From positions 4,898,001 through 4,962,000 of the forward strand of contig NC_043001.1 in the NCBI RefSeq assembly GCF_006345805.1: a stretch of 64,000 bases of DNA, written 5' to 3'. This DNA is from Octopus sinensis. Its lineage: Eukaryota. Made by a program: the position numbers and the translations under genes. Below, piece after piece: positions 54,332 to 64,000 of the stretch (position 1 is its first letter; every line of letters begins with the position of its first letter). A model generated the notes under the pieces. The model searched no databases. It had not been told where the DNA came from and saw nothing but the letters and a program-made list of their open reading frames with translations.

Positions 54332-54596
54332 TATATATGTGTGTGTGTGTGTGGAAATATATATATATATATATTATATATATACGAACTAAGCAACAAG
54401 AATATCCAAGGTAGTGTAGTACAATTGTTTCATGGTACTTCATTTTATTAAACACTGTAAGTATAACATCAGCTTTAAAATGTCGAGCAATCATCAGCCG
54501 CATATAGAGGTTAATTTTATCATTAAGAACATGGTGGTAGTTTGTTCTCCGTCTGTAGATTATGTAACTCTGAATCTAAATTTTGCTGAACTTATA

Positions 54597-54670
<74 letters not shown>

Positions 54671-54779
54671 ATATATATGCCAAACACATATAAAGTTGTT
54701 TTCATATTGCAGTCATTCTTTAATATGACCGCCTTTTGATAAAATTGTTATTGTTTGCTGAGATACGTCCGTTTATCTT

Positions 54780-55085
54780 TAATTTGATGGGGTTATTCAG
54801 CCAGAAACCGCTTGGAGTTCTTTATTATCTTACGTGTCTTGGTATGATGTTAAAGAGAGCAGGGCCAGTTAAGGCCTTGATGTTGTAAAGTGATGTGTGT
54901 GCGTGTGATGTTCGTAGAAACCGGATGATACTGGAACCAAAACTTACGTGAATCTGAGAGTTTGTGCTATCATCAGTTGGAAAATGCTGTTGAAATATTT
55001 GCCACATCATACAAATTATATAGTTATTGCAATGGCGTTCGAGGGAATAAAAGTTGATTTTATGTAGACGATATCGATGATTAAA
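54780..55085 (-). mobile_element. Old CR1-type LINE C-terminal remnant related to the 29.6 kb LINE
   Basis: YRLHKINFYSLERHCNNYIICMMWQIFQQHFPTD...GPALFNIIPRHV versus RLEKLKLYSLQRRRERYIICMMWKIFHQHCPND...GSALFNITPKHI. Confidence 0.82.
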
Positions 55086-55270
55086 TTCTGTGATATCGTT
55101 TATTTTCCTTGCGTTTATGTGCGCGCGTTGTATATTATATGTATACATAATTTCAAAATATGTATACACCCACTACACACTGATATATCTCTCTCTGTCT
55201 CTCTCTCTCTTTCTCTCTCTATCTATCTATCTCTATCTATATCTATATGTATATGTATATATATACACAC

Positions 55271-55320
<50 letters not shown>

Positions 55321-55778
55321 TGTGTGTTTCTATATATCTCTCTATCAGTGTGTGTGTTTGTGTGTATGCATACACGTAGTTATTAATAACAAACGCAACA
55401 TTCATTCTATTTCAGGACCCACCTATGTCTATTCGTGTACAAAATATTGAAATGCAACGACAGTTGAATTCATTTATACATTTCCATATACATAACAAGT
55501 GGAAATATGGACAACATTTCACATTACTTTTTATCTTCACTTCTACGATTTGTTGTAATATAATTTTACTCGTAGTGATAAATGTAAAACTTAATCTATG
55601 CTATATATTGAGAGGAATATCTAATTAGAGAAATGTACAAACCTCGACGTATTTCCCTGTTTGCACATGGATATAATTAAATCAATATAATTCAAAGCAC
55701 AACACCAAAGTGAAACTTACGAATACACATGTACGTGTAAACATTCTTATATTTTAAAGTTATACTTGCGTGTGCACG

Positions 55779-55824
<46 letters not shown>

Positions 55825-55974
55825 CAAGATTTCATATCATATTCCTGGATATTCCTGGAGGTACTCGTAAATTTTATGTATATATTTCATATATACAGCA
55901 CTTAAACGATAGTGATTGTATATACATAGATGTAATCATACGCACACACACACACACATACATACATATATATA

Positions 55975-56032
<58 letters not shown>

Positions 56033-56174
56033 ATAAATTATACATCAATTGTCTTGCTCGCTTACGTTCTGGCGTTTGCTGTATTTTCTTGAGATCAATT
56101 ATTTCTTAGTGGTCAGACGATATGGTTTCTACCTCCAAAATAATTGATGTTCACTTAGTAATAATCCCTCTTAT

Positions 56175-56297
<123 letters not shown>

Positions 56298-56306
56298 GTA
56301 TATATA

Positions 56307-56614
56307 CTAGCAGTATCGCCCGGCGTTGCTCGGGTTTGTAAGGGAATAACTATATAAGCATTTTTAGAGAGTTACTTCCCTTAAATAAAACCGAGTTCAA
56401 AATTCATTAAAAACGAAACAAATTATAGTAATTTATTTTTTAAATCGTAGACTCATCGTAGACGCGCCCTAATACCTAGAAGGGCTCGATATGAATAACG
56501 TCTATAAGATACCCGCTTTTGGTTAAACTGCACCGCAAAATGTGGGAGTAGTTAGGAATCTAAATCGGAGTAGACAGACACTCACACACACAACTTCAGT
56601 TTTATATATAAAGG
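56307..56614 (-). mobile_element. Non-autonomous Helitron (308 bp)
   Basis: Minus strand: (C)CTTTATATATAAAACTGAAGTTGT 5' end and ACAAACCCGAGCAACGCCGGGCGATACTGCTAG|T 3' end, both matching 38127-38476. The interior differs. Confidence 0.85.
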
Positions 56615-56623
56615 TATCTATAT

Positions 56624-58300
56624 ATATTGCAATACAAATATATTACTTTCCAGTAAAATAAAACCCCATGAGGGTAGAATTATACATCTAAAAACAGATA
56701 AGTTGTACAAAAAGGCACCAATATTTTATTTTACTGGAAGGTAATACATTTGTATTGCAATATTATTTTTCATTGAAAACTCTTTCACTGTTCTCATTCT
56801 CTTAACGGCAAAGCGTTCAGGCGTGTATACTGGCATTGATGTGGCAACATTTGAAATATCGTCTAGGTAAATGCAGCTGACGAAGACTGATCAAATTTAC
56901 GTCGTCAAACGTATCTGTAGAGTCAGTAACCGGTCCTGCATTATCCGATTCTAGGTTGTCCAGTTATCGAGTGTTCAACCTGGGTAAGCAACACAAAAGA
57001 TATATCGATGAACGTTTCAAAACAGACTTTATTACCAAAGCCACTCGTCTAGTATTAGAAGAGAACATTTCTAGATGTGATAATAAGGTATACCTACAAA
57101 TAAAGGGAATGGGTATGGGTACGAAATTCGAACCCACACCACATATGCCAACGTACTTGTGGGTTACCTTGAAAGTAGAATTTACGAGGAAGTATGAAAA
57201 TCCTTTCTTCACAACTTCAAGGAGAAAATCGTGAAGATGTGGAAACGCTACTTTTATGACTGCTACATTTGTTGCGATAGACCAAAGGAAGACTTACGAA
57301 CATTTCCCAACAACCTCTGAACACTGCACACATCTATCAAATTAATAACAGAAGGCAGCTGCAATGGACTACCATTCCCAAACATTCACATCAACACACA
57401 TACTGCCATTATCACAACAGACATAGTTTACAAACAAAAAATCAGACATACACCAATATTTAAATTTCTACTCTTGCCACTCCTCATGCATCAAAAGGAA
57501 CATCTCTTACAGTACAGCAAGGCGCACCTACATCATAGTAACTGACCTACAAATTGGCCAAATTAGACTCGATGAACTCAAAAACTTTCTAGATCAAACT
57601 TATAAATAATGGAATCTTGAAAGCAATGAAATTAGAACTTTAGACACAATAGGACACCAAACGAAAAAAAACAAGGAAGATACTATTCCATTTATTAACA
57701 CATTCAACCCATGAATAACCAATATTTTCCACGTTAGGCAATCAAACCTACAAATACTCTCACAAGATCAAAAATGAGAAACCTGATTGACAAATGTTAC
57801 CCGCGAACTAGTAAACGTCAGGAAGAAAATCTTAAAAACAACTTACAAGATCAAAATTGACGTCAGAAAATGAAACAGAATTCTCCATAAAGGAATGTGG
57901 AGACAACAGATATAAAATATGCAAAAACAAAATCAATTACAAATACAAAGAGAGGGACACCCACATAAAATTTAAGAGTGGATTCTTATTGAAGGTAAAT
58001 GCAAATATAAATTTCAAGACACAAATACTAATATACCGCATTAATTGCCCCAATTCATGGAGAATTATACTGGCAAAGTCAATAATACCCTTTGCCAGCG
58101 CGCAAGAATCCATAGAAAACACATCAGACTAGAGGAGTGACGAAAATTTTCCCTGCGCAAAAATTTTGAAATATGGGAAAAGGAAAATTCAAAATCTTCC
58201 CCTTCCACAAATGCTCTAGGAACGACCAAAACTTCCGTAAAACAATGGAGATATACTTCATAAAGAGTTTCTCACTGAAATTAAAAGCTTCAAACAAAGA
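56624..58300 (+). mobile_element. Decayed Penelope-like retroelement (RT plus GIY-YIG) with a 5' inverted repeat and a hammerhead remnant
   Basis: LVLEEN..KVYLQIKGMGMGTKFEPT, WKRYFYD, HQYLNFYSCH..IKRNISYS.ARR, Zn-linker ECGDNRYKIC, LIYRINCPN..NYTG (GIY-YIG with CxxC-like spacing). 40-bp inverted repeat 56624-56663/56724-56763. CTGACGA...AAACGTA at 56872-56919. Confidence 0.85.
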
Positions 58301-59635
58301 AAACATTTGGAAATAAATCAAGGAAAATATACAGATCCGAAAGTTAATGGAATAATACTTCAAAACAAAAAGTCCTCAACGACATTTAATATAACTATAT
58401 ATATTTTTGAAATTCCACCAGTGAGAATTATCTCTGAACTTGATTGTATATATGTTAAAGACGCTCTCAAACCATTGCTAAAATATTTCTACCACATTGT
58501 TGTTGGAGCTTGCAAAACACTCCAGATTCCGATAATCTATAAGAAAAAAATTTCCCTCGTTTGTTCTTGGCTCTCTTTCTCCTGTAGAAAATTTTAGGTT
58601 GGGGCTTTATAATAAATTCAAAAGAAAATAGCCAACCAGAAATAGATGAATTTGGAAATATGATTGTGACAGTATTGTGTATTGCTTCTTTAATTTATTT
58701 TTAATAATTGCACTTTAAATTGGTAAATTTTATTAATGGTTAACCTTCTGAATTACATTTTGTGACAGAATAAGATACTTAGTAATCTACTTTCGTTATC
58801 ATTTTCGGATCATTGATGTTGTATTAAGCATTTAATTCATTACAATATTTTATACTAACCTTTCTAAGCTAAATGTGCATTAAAAATATTTTATATCATA
58901 CATATTACACGCTATTTAATATCACACGCATTACGAATTATAACTAGTTTTTCAGTTTAGCACACACATTAGGAACATTTTGTATATGAAGCTATTTACT
59001 TTGATATACGGAATGTTCCTAGTATGCAAGAAAAGAAAAAAATCTAGTTCGAATCGCTTGAAAGCTGCGTAAATAAAATCACTGTAGAGAGGTAAATTAT
59101 AAAATATATCCAGCACACGTGATCAAAGTTCGTTAGAAAACGCATGAAACATTTTAGAATCCTACTAATACACTTTAGTAATAACATGACAGAAGAATTA
59201 ATGATTTTATTGTGTGCGTGGAGAGTCATTCTATTTTAGTGCCTTATTATTTAACACACTCACTGGTTTGATTTTCACTCGTCTATTCAAGTTTTTCTGA
59301 AATTTTCTCTGCGTCTAGCAATCTTTTCCATAGTATTTGACTGTGTCCCTTATCAGAGCTGCTTCCTTTTAGCTTCTTTGTTTGTGCAAAGGTGTGTGCG
59401 TTAGTGTACATTTGTATACATCTATGTATTATGCTTGTGTGTATGTGTGTACGCATGCATATATATGCATGTATTCTACATATTAATGTGTTTGTGTGTT
59501 CTTGTTTGTTGGTATGTGGATGTGTACAGTGTGTGTGTACACGGTCATGTATTTCAGCCTGTTTGTATCTATTTGACTATTTACACATACATTTAACTAC
59601 TCATTATACACACACACAAAGACATATATATTATA

Positions 59636-59680
<45 letters not shown>

Positions 59681-60927
59681 TATATATATATATATATATT
59701 ATATATATACATATATATATACGCCTATATAACCGCCTACTAACATCTTTACCTGTGTATATATAAACTGTGGGTATTGGAGTATAACTACCTTCTATGT
59801 ATATTTCCTATTTAGCACCGGGAATAATTCCTTTATGGGGACGTACTCTTGTACTTGTCTGAGTGTTGGGTCCTTCGGATGCTTGGATAAAATGCGGGTG
59901 TCAACTTGACTTAGTGTGCCACCATGTTGGTTGCTGGCATGTTGGTAGTGTATAGAGGACTGTTTTTCTCGTCATATTGTCTCAAATGACCAGGTGGTAT
60001 TTCCGTAATGTTTCTAGATGTCTCACCTATCTATATCATGTTATTTCATATCTCACCTATTGTCCATCACACTCAAACATGTACACACAATGTGACAGAA
60101 GTACACACACACACAAATTCATACACACACACATACAAACACACGCACATACAAACATGCAAAGAAATGAATATACAGAATACATACATAAAAGTGTACA
60201 CACATGCATACATACATACACATATGCATACACATGCATGCAAACATGCATATATATAGATGCACATGCCTACATACCTGTATACACATACACACCAACA
60301 AATAAAAAACAAAAGGAAATGAGCTCTGATAACCGACAAAGTCAACGATTATTGAGACGTTTGCAAGACACAAGGAAAATTTCAGAAAATGAAAGAAATA
60401 AATGAGTGGAAATCGAACCGGTGAGTGTGTTAGGTCATAAAGTAGACGCTAAAAGATAATGACCCTCCACTCACACAATAAAGTATGCTTCAACATACGA
60501 ATTCACACGTAGCAAAAGGGATGATGGATTTCTAATTCGAAACTGTGGCGATAGAAAAATACAAAAATTTAAACTAAACTGCTTGTAAAAATATATGGAT
60601 GGCAGCTGTATTTTGGACAGGTACAACCACTAAAGTCCCTGTCTCGGCGCCAAAATAGGTTCGATGACAGATTATCTAATTCAGGTATTGCGAAATGTTT
60701 TCAGTGCGTTTAGACACAGTTGCTCCTATATGTATATATATATATATATACAAAGGCACACACACAAACACACACACACACGCACACACACACACACACA
60801 TACACACTTACACATATACAAACCCACGCATGCAGGTCTATATATTATTATTTATATAGAATAAAGTTATATGAACCACGCAAATACACACTCACAGATA
60901 TACACACACACTAAGAAATTATATATA

Positions 60928-62535
60928 CAGTTGCGGCCAAAATGTTCAGAACGGCACTGTCTTCGTCAGATAAGTAAGTATAAGTTTTTATTAAAGTCCT
61001 TTTGTATTCTATAATTTTCACAGACAATAAATGCAATATTAATTGTTATTGTCTGAGATTTTGGTGTAATTTGAGAGGATAATACAAAAGCTATGGATGA
61101 TTTAGGGATTTACTGCAAAACCCATGGCGGCCAAAATGATCAGAACGGTAGAAAAAATAACAACATAATCAATAATGACAGAGAATACTGGAATTATTTA
61201 ATATTTAGTGTGAAGCCCTTTAGCTTCAATCATACGCTGACATCTTCGACTGCATGGGGAACTTAAATTTTCAATTTCTTGCTGGGTGATCTTATTCCAT
61301 TCTTCCTGAAGGGCATTCCATAATTGCTCAGTTGTTTTAAGATTTCTGGCTTTCGAACGTTCTCCTAGAATATTCCACACATTTTCAATAGTATTGAGAT
61401 CTGTGCTTTGAGCTGGCCAATCCATAACTATAACCTTTTCAGCCTTGAGGAAGTTCATGACCACCTTTGCCTTGTGACTTGGGGCATTGTCCTGCATGAA
61501 TATGGGTGGTCGCTTAGTTGAATTTCTCAGCACGGGCAAGACATGATCTTTTACAAGTTGTTTATAAACTCCTGCATTTAACTTTCAATGTAATCGCACC
61601 AAAGGGCCCACACCATCTCCAGATATCATTCCCCAAACCATGACACTTCCTCCACCGAATGTAACACTAGTTTTAAGGCATTTAGCCGACAATTTTTCAC
61701 CTATTTTTCTACGAACGTACCTTTTCCCATCTGAGCCAAATACCATAAACTTAGATTCATCACTGAAATGCACCGTTTGCCGTTTTTCTTGAGACCACAA
61801 CACATGTTCGGTTGCAAAGGTAAAACGACACTTTTTATTCTTGGAGCTGATCAGTGGCTTAACTGCAGGTGCTCTTGCTTGTAGGTCATGTTCAACTAAA
61901 CGATGAGACACAGTTTTCTAGATAAAGTTTTCTTTAATACAATGCTCATTTTCCAAGAAACAGCAGCAGCAGTTTTAAATCTGTCCTTTTTAACCAACAT
62001 TACCATAGCACGATCTTCTCTCTTGGTCGTTTTTCTTGGCCTACCTGTAAACTATCTTGCTTCACACGAACAACATTCATCGTAGACTTTAAGAATACCG
62101 TGTACAACACTTTTTGACTTATTAACAATCTTTGCAATAGATCCAATACTTAAATTATCCTACCTTCGAAGCTTAATAATCTGCTGACGAATTGGTAACG
62201 GAGTAAGTGGCATTATATTAACAAATTACACTGCAAAGATTCTTACTAATGTTTAGTAAACGAACCGTCACGTAAAAAAATTCAAAACATTAGAGTTCAC
62301 TGGTTAAATATACTAAAACACGGATAAAAAGCAACCGTTCTGATCATTTTGGCCGCCATGGGTTTTGCAGTAAATCACTAAATCATCCATAACCTTTGTA
62401 TTATCCTCTCAAATTACACCAAAATCTCGTATTTATTGTCTGTGAAAATTATAGAATATAAAACAACTTTGATAAAAAGTTATATCTTCTTTTCTGACAA
62501 AAACAATGCCGTTCTGAACATTTTAGCCGCCACTG
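60928..62535 (-). mobile_element. Full-length Tc1-family transposon, IR/DR type, TA target duplication
   Basis: TIRs 60928-61149 and 62334-62535 start CAGT(T/G)GCGGC.AAAATGTTCAGAACGGCA, with an inner direct repeat GGCGGCCAAAATGATCAGAACGG. TA on both flanks. Confidence 0.95.
61198..62213 (-). pseudogene. Tc1 DD34E transposase, disrupted by stops and frameshifts
   Basis: MPLTPLPIRQQIIKLRR*..GRPRKTT.REDR, FSDESKF, GGGSVMVWG, QDNAPSH, WPAQSTDLNTIENVW (34 residues between the second D and the E), C-terminal GLHTKY. Confidence 0.93.
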
Positions 62536-62574
62536 TATGTATATACCTTCAATTAATGAAATTATCGTTCGCAT

Positions 62575-62800
62575 ATCTGTTTCTGTTTCTGTGTGTGTCA
62601 GTATTCGCCATGATAGATCGCTAGCCACTACAAATTCTTTATTTTGTATCCTTGTTTCTTTCTGTGTTCCTTTCTGTGGAAGAGCGTAGGCTCGAAACAT
62701 TAAAGACTATTTCACTTCGCCAGCGTTAAACTAATACGTCTGTTTGTTGTGTACACTACCTATCTTCGTCTTTTCTTTTTTGAATTCACCCCGATATATT
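62575..62800 (+). mobile_element. Family E2 short repeat with a hammerhead-like motif (62670-62705)
   Basis: CTTT-CTGTGGA-AGAGC-GTAG-GCTC-GAAAC-ATT-AAAG; reverse-complement homolog of 26826-27022. Confidence 0.65.
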
Positions 62801-63289
62801 CATATACGTATATGCATAAATACACACACATACAGAGACAAACGCACACACTCACATATATATGCATGTATATATATAGTTACTACTCTGATCACTCTCT
62901 ACTTTACTTGCTGCAAATCCGTGACCGACGGTCGCTTTGTTTACAATATATTGCTGGCTGGAACGGACACTGGCTATCTCTCTGGCGACCGAGTACTTAC
63001 CACTGAAGATAATAACCAATTCGAAACTTAGTCTCGCGATCCTGCTGTCGCTCTACCTCTCCAGCATACACCTGACAACGTTTTAAATTTACACTACAGA
63101 TTTTAATTGCAAATTCGTCATCCCAATTGCTAAAATATTTACACCCCCATAATTAATATATTTACTTTACTGTCAGAGTATCTTTAATTGTTTCGATCTA
63201 GTTCGCTCCCACTGCTAGAATTATATATGTATTTACAATGTGCAGCACTGCAATGACACCCAGCTGGTGGAAGATCTGCCTGGGGCTGG

Positions 63290-63463
63290 CCTTGACACAT
63301 TTCCCGTGTCCTTATATTTTCAAAGGGGAGATAAGCACCCCCACCCAGCAAAGTGCATTGGATGTACGCCTAGGAATTCCAGCGTGTACGTAGGGTATAT
63401 TTTGCTGGGTTGAGGTGCTTATCTCCCATTTGATAACATGAGGGCACCGAAAAGGTGTCAAGG
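63290..63463. repeat. 174-nt imperfect palindrome (about 78-bp ungapped arms)
   Basis: CCTTGACAC..TCAAA.GGGAGATAAGCACC..ACCCAGCAAA versus TTTGCTGGGT..GGTGCTTATCTCCC.TTTGA..GTGTCAAGG. Confidence 0.9.
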
Positions 63464-64000
63464 ACAACAGGAAACTGTATTTCCGAAGGCTAAATAACAG
63501 TAGCATTCTTCCCTTTCATGGGACTGTCATATTAAGTTGACAACAAGTGTGCGTATATACATGTGTACACATGTGAGAGCAACTGTCTTTGAACGTACAT
63601 GTAACTGTTCGTTATACCATCGATAAGCAGCTGGTGGAAGTTCTGCCTGGGGTTAAACAAGTAATAACATGAACCAACGACTTTGACATGGCGATTAACT
63701 TTACTTGTTTGTATAATTACTACACTGCTCCTTTCTTGGGATTTTAAACCTAGCTACTTCTCTAACTCCCCCCATATATATATATATTATATATATATAT
63801 ATGGGTGTGTGTGTGTGTGTGTGTGTCTGCGTGTGTGTATGTGTGTGTGTGTGTGTTTGTGTCCATGTAAATACCCTGTTTTCTTTAAACTATTAATTAT
63901 TTCTGCTATATCGAAAAGAATGATGTCTCCATGGGGACAAGTGTACTTTCGGAAGTAAAATGTCTAAAAATGGTAAAAGAAGCCAACCAAGAGAATTTTT

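Noticed and set aside
63003-63035. CTGAAGA...GAAACTTAGTC
   Set aside because: Core boxes are present but stems I and II do not pair convincingly; at most a decayed HHR.

Overview
Very AT-rich, microsatellite-dense eukaryotic DNA with no intact host protein-coding gene that I can support. The SINE families are the ones I recognise from octopus (coleoid cephalopod) genomes, so the organism call is an inference. Almost every long ORF in the track is a (TA)n/(CA)n/(TTC)n artefact. The real content is transposon-derived: an almost intact 5'-truncated CR1-type LINE (29529-31303, -), older CR1 remnants, R4/Dong-type RLE LINE remnants, a decayed Penelope-like element (PLE), a full-length IR/DR Tc1 (DD34E), a mariner remnant, non-autonomous Helitrons and many tRNA-derived SINEs. 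There is also a tRNA-Asn(GTT) gene or pseudogene. The most interesting unexplained signals are three. (1) At least 8-9 hammerhead-ribozyme (HHR) motifs belonging to several unrelated short repeat families, two of which look core-intact (53915-53974 +, 22234-22295 -). Several sit next to (TA)n tracts or inside PLE-like inverted-repeat modules, suggesting a PLE/retrozyme-type non-autonomous system. (2) A chimera of the U6 snRNA 3' half with a CR1-LINE 3' tail. (3) A 174-nt foldback hairpin between two direct repeats.
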